From an uncultured virus (IMG/VR IMGVR_UViG_3300036770_004547) (taxonomy: Duplodnaviria > Heunggongvirae > Uroviricota > Caudoviricetes), in IMG/VR virus record IMGVR_UViG_3300036770_004547: a stretch of DNA of 64,000 nucleotides. One strand, given 5' to 3'. The notes under the pieces are model-generated. The model was given only the letters and a program-made list of their open reading frames with translations, made no database searches and had not been told where the DNA came from. Below, piece after piece: positions 44,510 through 54,128 of this stretch; the stretch's first letter is position 1, and every line of letters starts with the position of its first letter. Both the position numbers and the translations under genes were made by a program.

Positions 44510-45669
44510 CGGTAAAGCTCCGCAGCCATAGAAAGGATTTGATGTTCGTTAACAAAATGATTATTGCCAATATAAAAAGAGTTTGTGTGAATCTCTTCGC
44601 TATTAGGTAGGTATGGGTCTTGGTGGTAATCGTGCATAAAAGGCTGTCTCAATAAATTACCAACAAGAAATGGACGTGTTTCAATTCCCATTTCATTGAG
44701 TTTGGCCTTGAGACGTTCTTTGGTTTCTTCTGATTTGCAATGGAATGGAAGAGTCATTGCACTATTTCCCAGGGGGGCAGGCAATGATTTAATCCAAGGG
44801 TGGCCAACCATTGACCATAAAAATTTGTAGTAATTATCAGCACGTTTTTGAATAAAACGATCTAATTTGTTGAGTTGTACCAGGCCTAGGACAGCTCCTA
44901 ACTCTGTGTTTCTGAAGTTGTAGCCTTCGGTTGGAAAGAGGAAAGAGGGGTCAATGTCAGGTGCTAGTTCTTCTTCCAGGCTGCGGTAGCGGGGGAGCAT
45001 TTCCCTAGCCATCCCATGAGAACGCTTGGCACGCATCAAATTGTACAGATCAACATCATCCGTACAGACCATGCCCCCCTCAATTGTGGTCATGTGGTGA
45101 CCGAAGTAAAAAGAGAAGGTTGAGCCGGTGCCTTCATTGCCGACTTTCTTTTTGTCGGGAGTGAGTGCACCATGGGATTCACAGCAGTCTTCCAAGAGAA
45201 TGGCATCGGGCCAGTATTCTTTGACTTGATTTAACCTGTTGGCAAACCCCATAATGTGTGTTGCGTACACAATGTCAGGTTTAAAGCCAACCTCTTTCAA
45301 TCTTTTGAGAGACTCAAAAGTAGGACTGTAGGTTGTGTAATCAATGTCGTAAAAAAAGATAGAGTGACCTTGCTGCCTAAACGTTGAGATATTGGTTGCC
45401 CAATTCACGGCAGGACAAAGGATCTTCAGCTTTTTGTTCTTGCTGAAATACAAGTCCCGTACTGCATCTAGAAGAAGGGTATTGGCAGTTGAACCACTGC
45501 TGACAAACAACGAATATTTCCTACCCTGCCAGGCTGACCATTCCTCCTCAAATTGCTGACACTTAGGACCGTTAGTAAAACGGTCACTAGTAAGAATGAA
45601 TTTGATTAGAGCAAACTTCTCTTCAAAACCAATGGTGTTTTTTTGAAGAGGCCATTTGAATTTCGACAT
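44497..45669 (-). CDS. colD: DegT-family PLP enzyme, GDP-4-keto-6-deoxymannose 3-dehydratase-like
   Basis: SSGSTAN, LEDCCESHGA, SFYFGHHMTTIEGG (His in place of the PLP Lys). Confidence 0.75.
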   Translation of the reverse strand: MSKFKWPLQKNTIGFEEKFALIKFILTSDRFTNGPKCQQFEEEWSAWQGRKYSLFVSSGSTANTLLLDAVRDLYFSKNKKLKILCPAVNWATNISTFRQQGHSIFFYDIDYTTYSPTFESLKRLKEVGFKPDIVYATHIMGFANRLNQVKEYWPDAILLEDCCESHGALTPDKKKVGNEGTGSTFSFYFGHHMTTIEGGMVCTDDVDLYNLMRAKRSHGMAREMLPRYRSLEEELAPDIDPSFLFPTEGYNFRNTELGAVLGLVQLNKLDRFIQKRADNYYKFLWSMVGHPWIKSLPAPLGNSAMTLPFHCKSEETKERLKAKLNEMGIETRPFLVGNLLRQPFMHDYHQDPYLPNSEEIHTNSFYIGNNHFVNEHQILSMAAELYRCVA

Positions 45670-45720
45670 ACTGCACCACGTAAATTCCTGGTTATAGTGT
45701 CAGTATAAAGAATAATTTCC

Positions 45721-46761
45721 ATGAAAAAAGCAATTGTTACTGGAATTACTGGACAAGATGGTGCATATCTTGCCCGTCTGCTTTTTGATAAGGGGTACGA
45801 AATCCTTGGCCTGGTAAGAAATAATGCAAATCCAGGGAACAAAAATAAGTTGAAGTACTTATTCGATGGCTACATCCCTGAGAAAATTAAGTTTGAATAC
45901 TCGGACATGATGGATGCCACATCTATGCATCGGGCTGTGGATAACTTTGCCCCAGATGAGGTGTACAACTTGGCTGCCCAGAGTCATGTTGGTGTCAGCT
46001 TTAAGTCACCAGGGAGCACGGCACATATCAATGCTATTGGTGTCCTCAATATTTTGGAGGCATGTCGCAACGCCGGTCAGATGCCTAAGTTTTATCAGGC
46101 ATCTACATCAGAAATGTTTGGTAAGGTCCAGGAGGTGCCGCAGTGTGAATCAACGTACTTCTATCCGAGGAGTCCGTATGGTGTCGCCAAGTTGTTTGGG
46201 TACTGGCTGACGGTTAATTACAGGGAAAGCTACGGCCTGTTCGGTTGTAACGGCATCCTTTTTAACCACGAATCTCCTGTGAGGGGAGAAGAGTTCGTAA
46301 CTAGGAAGATTACGAAGGGTGTTGCACGTATTACCCACGGGAAGCAGGACTGTATTGAATTAGGGAACTTGGATGCACGCAGGGACTGGGGTCATGCACG
46401 TGACTATGTAGAAGCCATGTATTTAATGCTGCAGCAACCAAAGGCCAAGGATTATGTGATCTCATCTGGAATTCAGACCAGTGTTCGTAAGTTCTGTGAG
46501 ATGGCTTTTGAGGCTGCAGATCTTCCTATCGTTTGGAAAGGACAGGGTCTAGATGAAGTTGGGTATTGCCCCAGGTTGGGAGAAATCGTGATCCGTATTA
46601 ATCCTGAGTATTACCGTCCGGCAGAAGTTGATACCCTGTTAGGTGACTCAAGTGCTGCACAAATTGAACTTAATTGGAAACCTCAGACTACGTTGAACCA
46701 ACTCGTAGAGGAGATGGTTGAACATGACTTGCGTCAGGAGTGGGATACCTCTACTTACTGA
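45721..46761 (+). CDS. gmd: GDP-mannose 4,6-dehydratase
   Basis: TGITGQDGAYLA, YNLAAQSHV, QASTSEMFG, SPYGVAK, FNHESP, RDWGHA. Confidence 0.95.
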   Translation: MKKAIVTGITGQDGAYLARLLFDKGYEILGLVRNNANPGNKNKLKYLFDGYIPEKIKFEYSDMMDATSMHRAVDNFAPDEVYNLAAQSHVGVSFKSPGSTAHINAIGVLNILEACRNAGQMPKFYQASTSEMFGKVQEVPQCESTYFYPRSPYGVAKLFGYWLTVNYRESYGLFGCNGILFNHESPVRGEEFVTRKITKGVARITHGKQDCIELGNLDARRDWGHARDYVEAMYLMLQQPKAKDYVISSGIQTSVRKFCEMAFEAADLPIVWKGQGLDEVGYCPRLGEIVIRINPEYYRPAEVDTLLGDSSAAQIELNWKPQTTLNQLVEEMVEHDLRQEWDTSTY

Positions 46762-47599
46762 TGAAGGTTGCCATCTGTGCTTCTTGAAGTCGTTTGCGGT
46801 GTAACTCGATGACACTGGGGTGCGGAACAACTTCCTTTTTATGGATGATTTCTGCGTGAAGCGTGGGGTCTGCAATGACCAGATAATCGTTATCTCGGAT
46901 CCCACGGCAGAATTCCCAGTGCTCCACACCATCAATAACCGACCATTTCACATCGGCCAATGCATCGTCTTTGATCATGGCAATTGATCCAAATGCACTA
47001 TTGCACGCAACTGGTTCTTTATTGTCCCAGGCTTGGCGATCCTCTGCGTTAAGAAATGGGTTTGCTGCAAACGTCATTGCTTGTTGACCGGTGGAATCAA
47101 CAAGAGACCAGCTATCAAAATAAGAAGAGCGGTCCGTATCCTCAATGTAATCACGTACGTTTTGCACAGTATTGGGTGAGACCATTCCCCAATCTTCATT
47201 GGCATCAAGGCGATCAATCATTCCAGTGATAAGGGATGGTTCCCAGTGCACATCACTGTCTGCAACCAGGAGGTAATCAAAAAAGTAGTAATTATTAATG
47301 AAGTCAAGTGCGATGTTTCGGTACCGTGCTTGGTACTTAACACGTTCAATGGATGCAACACTTCCCCACTTGGGAGCACCAATGCGTTCTGAGATGACGA
47401 AACCAAGGCGTTCTGAGAGCCAGGACTGGAGGAGTTGTGGGGTTTTGTCTTGGGAATCATTCTCGAAAAAAGCATAGACAGGACTAATATTTTTCTCGAA
47501 CAAGGCTTCTTCCATGGCTTCGAATTGAGCTAGGGAGTACTTAAGATATGGCTCACTGTCGCGCCACAGGGAGAGGATGGCCAGAGTTTTGGTACGCAT
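46751..47599 (-). CDS. Glycosyltransferase (GT-A)
   Basis: FENDSQDKT..ARYRN..DSD..YFDSW..SAFG..EHW. Confidence 0.75.
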   Translation of the reverse strand: MRTKTLAILSLWRDSEPYLKYSLAQFEAMEEALFEKNISPVYAFFENDSQDKTPQLLQSWLSERLGFVISERIGAPKWGSVASIERVKYQARYRNIALDFINNYYFFDYLLVADSDVHWEPSLITGMIDRLDANEDWGMVSPNTVQNVRDYIEDTDRSSYFDSWSLVDSTGQQAMTFAANPFLNAEDRQAWDNKEPVACNSAFGSIAMIKDDALADVKWSVIDGVEHWEFCRGIRDNDYLVIADPTLHAEIIHKKEVVPHPSVIELHRKRLQEAQMATFISK

Positions 47600-47754
47600 T
47601 ACAGATCAATACGGATGTACTCAATGCATTGTTGACGAAGTGATTCTTCGTACTCGTTTGCTTCAATGGTTTCTACGTCTTCAAATGCCAAACCGCTTTC
47701 AGGAACTGTATCAAGTGATGGTTCCAGGTAAAAACGGGTGAGATTTGAAGTCAT
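47599..47754 (-). CDS. Small acidic protein (not in track)
   Basis: MTSNLTRFYLEP..IEYIRIDL; TAATG-coupled. Confidence 0.5.
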   Translation of the reverse strand: MTSNLTRFYLEPSLDTVPESGLAFEDVETIEANEYEESLRQQCIEYIRIDL

Positions 47755-47833
47755 TCCAAGGCAATTAGCTGCCTAAAGACTAGCGTAAACTTAAGAAAAA
47801 GTATTAAAATATAAGGAATATACACAATCTTTC

Positions 47834-48685
47834 ATGGTTGTTGCTGATATTCCGACCGCACCTTGGTACAAACGTTACTCAGAAGAGCCCGAATTATTTG
47901 AAGAGCTGAACTCAAAACCAGCTCGAGTCACGATAAATGGTAAACGGCATTACCACACACCGTTCCTAACTGGCCCTGCGCCATCGGTAACGACAATTAT
48001 TTCGGAAACCGCATCGGAAGCCAACAAGAAAAAGTTGGAGATGTGGTCCAAGAACAATCCAGGCATGAAGGAAGCTGCAGCCGAGAGAGGGACTGCAATT
48101 CACTCATGTATGGAGCACTACCTCAAACGAGAAACAGTTGACGTACCTGAGGCGTACGCAAGTTTCTGGGACGGGATGCCAGCCATTTTAGATCAGTTTC
48201 AAGAAGTTGTGTGGGCCGAAACACCCCTGTGGGAAAAACATCAATTTGCTCTGTCGGAAGATGGTGTTGGCAGGGTGTGGGGATGTGATGAAGAGGGAAG
48301 AGCATGGTCTGGATCTCCAGATATCATTGGTGTAGCCGGAAATAAACTGACGCTTGCTGATTTAAAAACTTCGAACGGACCCTACTACAGGCGGTGGCCC
48401 AAGGACTTAGAGAAAGGGTCGCCTGAGTGGAGGGCTAATCTAGCAGGGTATATGAAATTCAACAAGTGCTGCCTTCAGTTGGGAGCATATGACCTGGGAA
48501 TTGAACAGACTCTGGGGATGAAAGTCCAGCAGGGGGCTATTATTGTATCTACCAAAGACAAGACGCAACTCTTCTTGATCACCAGGAATCACCTCAATAT
48601 CATGAGGGAAAAATGGTTGAAAGTGGTACAGGAGTATTACGAACAAGTCAAGGTAATGTCTGATTATGATCCTGATTTAATCTGA
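47834..48685 (+). CDS. PD-(D/E)xK exonuclease
   Basis: PSVTTII..ERGTAIH..E..GSPDI..DLKTS..QLGAY. Confidence 0.85.
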   Translation: MVVADIPTAPWYKRYSEEPELFEELNSKPARVTINGKRHYHTPFLTGPAPSVTTIISETASEANKKKLEMWSKNNPGMKEAAAERGTAIHSCMEHYLKRETVDVPEAYASFWDGMPAILDQFQEVVWAETPLWEKHQFALSEDGVGRVWGCDEEGRAWSGSPDIIGVAGNKLTLADLKTSNGPYYRRWPKDLEKGSPEWRANLAGYMKFNKCCLQLGAYDLGIEQTLGMKVQQGAIIVSTKDKTQLFLITRNHLNIMREKWLKVVQEYYEQVKVMSDYDPDLI

Positions 48686-48690
48686 AATTC

Positions 48691-48942
48691 ATGAAGGATT
48701 CCGAAGCCCAGATTGAAATAAAAGATTCCGAAGCCCGACTTGAAATAATGGGACCTTCTCCTTGGAGGGTGGGTGTAATAACAGAAACTTATGTGGTTTG
48801 CCCAAAGCACGGTACGCACAGACACACAATTGTTTCAAATATCAAAGGACATGAAGGGACTTGGTGCATGATCTGTGCATTGGAAAAACTTGGTGAGCCT
48901 CTTGAAACTGAGCAACATCCATTCAAATGGGAACGAGAATAA
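48691..48942 (+). CDS. Small Zn-binding protein with an N-terminal 9-aa duplication
   Basis: CPKHG..CMIC; KDSEAQIEI/KDSEARLEI. Confidence 0.55.
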   Translation: MKDSEAQIEIKDSEARLEIMGPSPWRVGVITETYVVCPKHGTHRHTIVSNIKGHEGTWCMICALEKLGEPLETEQHPFKWERE

Positions 48943-49250
48943 AAACAGTGAAAAACCCAATTTTATTTGAAATTTGGAAAGAGCTAATTAAGTGGTGGAA
49001 GAAAGTTTGGTTTGAAGCCAAGCTGAAGGCTCGCCTGCAGATGATCGAATGGCAAACACAAGTAGAAGCGGAGCTTGAACGGAAGGAAAGATTTGAGCCG
49101 GTCTACCAGGAGAAAGATGTTGATCCTGTGCTTCAGACAGGAGAGTCTCAACTGCTAGGCGGTGAGATGAGATTGGCTGCTAAATGGGTAATTAAAGAGG
49201 AGAATGAAAGAAAAGTTAATAAGCAAAGTGAGTCTAATGAGACACGCTGA
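48927..49250 (+). CDS. Hypothetical protein
   Basis: ORF track. Confidence 0.55.
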   Translation: MGTRIKTVKNPILFEIWKELIKWWKKVWFEAKLKARLQMIEWQTQVEAELERKERFEPVYQEKDVDPVLQTGESQLLGGEMRLAAKWVIKEENERKVNKQSESNETR

Positions 49251-49321
49251 TCTTATTGAAGATATAAGAATTACTCAGGGTTGGGAGCCGTAGGATAAAG
49301 GGACTGACAAAGACACGACCC

Positions 49322-49504
49322 ATGGAGATTTCGATCTTGCCTGGGGAGTGGATGCAAACTCTTTGTGTCCGCATGAACAATGCGGCGGAAGGGGATTGTT
49401 TTCTTCTCCCATCTTCTATGCACCTTCATGCATACGAAGTGTTGAAGGAAACGCAATTTCCAGAGAAAAATTTTAAAGTGAAGATTGGATCCACGGGGTG
49501 CTGA
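49322..49504 (+). CDS. Hypothetical protein
   Basis: ORF track; TGATG-coupled to the primase. Confidence 0.5.
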   Translation: MEISILPGEWMQTLCVRMNNAAEGDCFLLPSSMHLHAYEVLKETQFPEKNFKVKIGSTGC

Positions 49505-52170
49505 TGACTAGTGCAAATTTACTGACACTCAAGCCTGGTGAAGTTAACCTCCAGTGGATTCCTATTGAGTGGCCTCTTACTCCTCTTGGTGATAACAAAA
49601 ATCCATACTTGGGTGGTTGGCAAAATAAACCATGCACGCCACAAGAAATCGCTAATGAGATCCAAAAAGGCCTGTGTAAAGCAGTTGGTTTGATCGGTGG
49701 CCCCTGCTACAACGAACCCTTTGGTCACGTATGGGTTGACGTGGACGGAATAACCGTCTACCAACTGATCGAAGAAGTGTCGGGGTTGCAATTCGAACTG
49801 GCACTCCCGCCAACACTAACGATTTGTAGTGGTAAGCCTGGCAGAGAACGCAGGTTGTACCGCCTGGCGAAGAAAGATTGGGAACACTTCATTCGTAATA
49901 AATACGTATGGCACTCCAGTGCTGAAAAGGAGAAGCTGGAGATTCTATGGAAGCGGCACCAGGGTGTGTTGATGGGTTCTCACCCTGAGACCAGTGGGTA
50001 CTACACACCGGAAGGGTTGGGATTTGAGTGGGTTGTCAACATTCCCTTTCTGCCGACCTGGATTCTGGAAGGAATTAAGGAGAAAAATAATAAGCAGGGT
50101 CTGCCAGCCACAGAAGAAGGGCGCATGGTTGGCCCAGGATTTGCGATCAATACACGCATCTCTCTTGAAAGGGATATGCAGCTTGCGATTGAAGCAACAT
50201 GGGCCATGCCTCCGGAAGCTGCGGATGACTACGACATCTGGATTACGGCAGGTCAAGCTCTCCACGAATTAGACGAATCACTCCTTGATGTGTGGGATGA
50301 GTGGTCCAGGCAGAGTGATAAGTACAAACCGGGTGAATGCCAAAGGAGGTGGCAATCCTTTTCAAAAGGTGGTGGCAGAAGTCTTGGATCACTGATCCAT
50401 ATTGCTAAGCAAAACGGTTGGCGCCCTAATGAAAACTACAAGGCGATGAACGTTGATGATGAAATGCTTGAGTACGCATCAAAACAACTGGAGGAAATTG
50501 AACAAGACATGGAACTTACTCTTGAGCCGCAACTGGAATTAGTTGAACGCGAATACGATTCCTCCAGATACCAGAAAAAGAAAAAGGGTAGGAAGGGTAA
50601 AGAGGGTAATGAAGTAACGCGCAACGCACCGTCTGACGTTATTTCTGATCTGTTGCTTCAGGAGTACAAAGGAAATCTTTTGTACAGCATTCCGCATGGT
50701 CAGTTTTTCATGTACCAAAAGGAAGGGAAGGGCCTTTGGTCCCCCATGATGAAGGTCGAAATCTTGGGAGATATTCGTGACAAACTTAAGGCATTGAAGG
50801 AACACGGTGATTTGTTGCCTATGGGGTTTAGCTCCAGGCTGATGACCGATATGCACGAGCATCTTCAGTCGGCACTTTGTTTTAATAACTGGTACGAAGG
50901 TGGTGATCACCTGTTGTTTACCAATGGGATTTTGAATGTTGAGACTCGTGAGCTTCTTCCTTTTAAAAGGGAGATGTACATGACTCAACAGATGCCGTAC
51001 GACTATGACCCGGCGGCAACCTGTGAAGAAATTGTGATCTGGCTGAAGCACACGCAATACAACAACTGGCAGCGTGCTCAGGTGCTAAGGGCATGGCTTC
51101 GGGCCACACTTCTGGGGCGTTATGAACTGCAGAAGTTCCTTGAAATTGTGGGTCCTGGTAAGTCAGGTAAATCAACCTATGCAAATTTGGCCGTTGCATT
51201 AGTTGGAAAGAGGAATGTGTACTCAACTGACTTTGAGAATCTGGAGAAGAACAGGTTTGAAGCGGCGGGTTACATGGGAAGAAAGCTGTTGTTGTTCCAG
51301 GATGCTGATCGGTGGGGTGGTTCAGTTTCGAAGCTGAAGGCAATTACTGGTAATGACTGGATCCGGGCTGAACGTAAGTATCAAAACGAGAATAATGAGC
51401 CATTCCAGTTCAAAGGACTGGTGATGATCACTGCAAACGAAGCGATCCAGACGACGGACTACACATCTGGTTTAGCCAGGCGTAGGCTGACTGTTCCCTT
51501 TGACCGTCCTTTTACTGGATCACAGAAGGAACAGAAAGAACTCATCAAATTCAATACGAAAGGCGAGCCGCAAGGTGAGTTTGCTCCGCTGCTTCCAGGG
51601 CTGGTGAACTGGTTGCTGGACATGAGTGAAGAAGAGATGCGGGAATACCTGATGGAAACCAACAAGAAGGTGGAGTTCTTTGGTAAGTATGCCCATGTCC
51701 AGAACCTGAGGTCCAACCCGATCCTTGACTGGATGGAACACAAGGTTGTGTATGACCCAGGCGTTAAATCGTGTATTGGATTCTTGACGGGTAGCTCTAA
51801 TAACCAGGCGTATGAAAACCACACGCGTTGGTTGTACGCAAGTTATGCCGAATTCTGCAAGCGGTGTAATGTCCACACCATGAGCAGGAGCCGATTTGAG
51901 GTGGTGTTCCTTGATATCTGCAGGAACCAGTTGAATTTGAACGTATTTAATCGGAGAAACAGCAAAGGCCTACTGTTTTTTAATGTGGCCGTACGGGAAT
52001 CAGATGGGAAGTATGACAACTACCCAAGTATCGTGACGGTTGCCTCCGATAAAGAAAAGTACGAAGTTGAATATGGTGTGAAGATTTCTGTGAATAGAGA
52101 TGCGAGAATTGAAGATCAAGAAAATGTAAGTGAAATTGATGAGCAACGCGGGTCGCCACTTGATCCTTGA
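49504..52170 (+). CDS. Primase-helicase: PrimPol + PriCT-2 + D5-like SF3 helicase
   Basis: VDVDG, GSHPET, DYDIWITAGQALH..WDEWSRQSDKY, GPGKSGKST, LKAITGND.IRAERK, ITAN, RRR. Confidence 0.9.
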   Translation: MTSANLLTLKPGEVNLQWIPIEWPLTPLGDNKNPYLGGWQNKPCTPQEIANEIQKGLCKAVGLIGGPCYNEPFGHVWVDVDGITVYQLIEEVSGLQFELALPPTLTICSGKPGRERRLYRLAKKDWEHFIRNKYVWHSSAEKEKLEILWKRHQGVLMGSHPETSGYYTPEGLGFEWVVNIPFLPTWILEGIKEKNNKQGLPATEEGRMVGPGFAINTRISLERDMQLAIEATWAMPPEAADDYDIWITAGQALHELDESLLDVWDEWSRQSDKYKPGECQRRWQSFSKGGGRSLGSLIHIAKQNGWRPNENYKAMNVDDEMLEYASKQLEEIEQDMELTLEPQLELVEREYDSSRYQKKKKGRKGKEGNEVTRNAPSDVISDLLLQEYKGNLLYSIPHGQFFMYQKEGKGLWSPMMKVEILGDIRDKLKALKEHGDLLPMGFSSRLMTDMHEHLQSALCFNNWYEGGDHLLFTNGILNVETRELLPFKREMYMTQQMPYDYDPAATCEEIVIWLKHTQYNNWQRAQVLRAWLRATLLGRYELQKFLEIVGPGKSGKSTYANLAVALVGKRNVYSTDFENLEKNRFEAAGYMGRKLLLFQDADRWGGSVSKLKAITGNDWIRAERKYQNENNEPFQFKGLVMITANEAIQTTDYTSGLARRRLTVPFDRPFTGSQKEQKELIKFNTKGEPQGEFAPLLPGLVNWLLDMSEEEMREYLMETNKKVEFFGKYAHVQNLRSNPILDWMEHKVVYDPGVKSCIGFLTGSSNNQAYENHTRWLYASYAEFCKRCNVHTMSRSRFEVVFLDICRNQLNLNVFNRRNSKGLLFFNVAVRESDGKYDNYPSIVTVASDKEKYEVEYGVKISVNRDARIEDQENVSEIDEQRGSPLDP

Positions 52171-52498
52171 CCTTTATGGCTGCAGCCCAGAGGTTTTGGA
52201 TGATTATGACCAACTGTTTGGGTTGTTGAACCAGGCGTTGGTGTTGTCCAGGGCGACTGTGCTGCAGATCATTGGTCATAAGTTTGAGCCGCAGGGGGCT
52301 ACACTCCTTGCTCTGTTGGCCGAATCACATGCTTCCATTCATACGTGGCCATGTGAAGGGTATGCTGCCGTTGATTTTTATACGTGCAGTGCTGACACGG
52401 ATACAGAGGGGATTAAAGCGTTACTAAAGAAGGGGTTGGGTGCTAATAGTGCAATGGAGAGGGAAATTACTAGATCAATTTACAAAAATATTTGTTAA
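52139..52498 (+). CDS. speD: S-adenosylmethionine decarboxylase proenzyme (pyruvoyl family)
   Basis: GRHLILDLYGC..FEPQG..LAESHASIHTWP..AVDFYTC. Confidence 0.85.
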   Translation: MSNAGRHLILDLYGCSPEVLDDYDQLFGLLNQALVLSRATVLQIIGHKFEPQGATLLALLAESHASIHTWPCEGYAAVDFYTCSADTDTEGIKALLKKGLGANSAMEREITRSIYKNIC

Positions 52499-52534
52499 TT
52501 AATTGGATATAATTGGACAAGTTCTGATTTTCCA

Positions 52535-53797
52535 ATGACTAAAAAGAAATTGCTTTGGGTTGGCGATTTGGCTGCAAAAACCGGATTCGGAAGAGTCGGT
52601 GGTGCGCTGCTACCTAAGCTTCGGGATGAATACGAAATTGTTGTGCTCGCATGTAACTGGCACGGAGATCCAGTAGAGGAGCAGGAATTGTTCAGGATGT
52701 ACCCCGCATCTAACCGTTTTCAGCAAGCACCGTTTGGGGAAGAACGCATCAGGGAAATTGTGGAGCGGGAAGAGCCAGATGTTGTTTGTACGTTGAATGA
52801 TCCCTGGATCGCGGCAGATCAGTACAGGCGTATTCAAGATTTGCACCAGCAGAAGAAGTTTAGGTTCTGCGGGTACCTCACGATGGACTCGTATAACTGG
52901 GTTAGTGGTATCGATCCTTGTATCAATGACTGGGATGCGTTGATCACATTTACGGAATTTGGTGCATACGAATTTATTAAAGCGGGAATTCGCAAGCCAA
53001 TTACTGTTATTCCCCATGGGTTGGATTCTGAGAAGTTTTATCCCATGGATAAGAAGGAGGCACGGAAGAAACTGGGATTGGCTGATGATGTGTTCATTGT
53101 GCTGAATGGGAACAGGAATCAATTCAGGAAACGGATTGACGTAACTATTTCTGCGTTTGCCAAATTTGCTGTTGGTCGGCCAGACGCACGCCTGTACCTG
53201 CATATGGGCTTGAAGGACCAGGGCTGGGATGTAATGCCTGTGTTTGCTAGGGAAATGCAGAAAAACGGGCTTGATCCCAACGGACGCATCATTATGTCCG
53301 CCAACACGCCTAACCCTCCCAACGTGTCGGTGGAGATGCTGAATTGGATCTATAACGCTGCTGATGTAGGTGTCAACACAACCAAGGGGGGCGGCTGGGA
53401 ACTGGTTAACTTTGAGCACGCTGCCTGCAGGGTGGCTCAGGTAGTACCAGACCATACGAGCACCAAAGAGATTTTTGAGGGCTACGGAAAGCTGATTCGG
53501 TGCGACCACGTGGATGTGGACTGCCACTTTTCCAGGGAGATGCCCTGCCCCTCTGACACCCACCTGGCAGAGCTTCTGACGGAGCTGTACGAGAACCCTC
53601 AGGAGCGGCTGGAGACGGCTGAGAAGTGCTACCAGAGGGTCACGGATCCATGCTTCCAGTGGGACGCGGTTGCAGCCGAATTCCACAAGGTGTTCCAGGA
53701 GGTGCTGGATGATACGTATGAACTGCCGCAAGAGGTAGTCTCACCGGTCGCACTTGAGAAGAAAAGTAAGAGGAAAAAGAGGAAAAAAGCTATTTAA
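52535..53797 (+). CDS. Glycosyltransferase family 4 (GT-B)
   Basis: TGFGRV..VIPHG..NRNQFRKRID..YNAADVGVN..GGGWELVNFE. Confidence 0.85.
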   Translation: MTKKKLLWVGDLAAKTGFGRVGGALLPKLRDEYEIVVLACNWHGDPVEEQELFRMYPASNRFQQAPFGEERIREIVEREEPDVVCTLNDPWIAADQYRRIQDLHQQKKFRFCGYLTMDSYNWVSGIDPCINDWDALITFTEFGAYEFIKAGIRKPITVIPHGLDSEKFYPMDKKEARKKLGLADDVFIVLNGNRNQFRKRIDVTISAFAKFAVGRPDARLYLHMGLKDQGWDVMPVFAREMQKNGLDPNGRIIMSANTPNPPNVSVEMLNWIYNAADVGVNTTKGGGWELVNFEHAACRVAQVVPDHTSTKEIFEGYGKLIRCDHVDVDCHFSREMPCPSDTHLAELLTELYENPQERLETAEKCYQRVTDPCFQWDAVAAEFHKVFQEVLDDTYELPQEVVSPVALEKKSKRKKRKKAI

Positions 53798-53827
53798 CCT
53801 TTCTTTAACTAAAGTCCTACCTACCCC

Positions 53828-54115
53828 TCCCCAAGACCCATCCGTCACCAGAATGTAGTGGTGGCAAGGGTTTTGGGGATTTTTACCGGGGAGCAGAGGG
53901 CGGAAGAGGGCGGACTTTGGGGGGAGTTGGCGTACTTGACCCCCCCGCCAAACTACCCTTCACAATACGTGAACGTTTTTGTGAGAAAGTACACAAGGTA
54001 TGTGTACGTTCGGCTAAAATCGTTCACGTGCTACAAAAAGAGTTTAAATAGGGGGTATTCTCGTCAAACTCCCCCCTAACTCCTACCAACAGACCCAAAA
54101 ACCACTCCGCCTGTC
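53828..54115. repeat. Long imperfect inverted-repeat region (origin-like or rod-shaped RNA)
   Basis: GGGGGGAGTTGGCG/CGTCAAACTCCCCCC, ACGTGAACG/CGTTCACGT and GTACACA/TGTGTAC are nested; AGAGGGCGGA x2. Confidence 0.6.
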
Positions 54116-54128
54116 TCACTTGAGTCTC

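Noticed and set aside
47834..48685. Cas4 or a CRISPR-associated system
   Set aside because: Lacks the four-Cys Fe-S motif; no array or other cas genes.
52610..53731. 373-aa antisense ORF
   Set aside because: Mirror of the GT4 gene caused by codon bias; no recognisable motifs.
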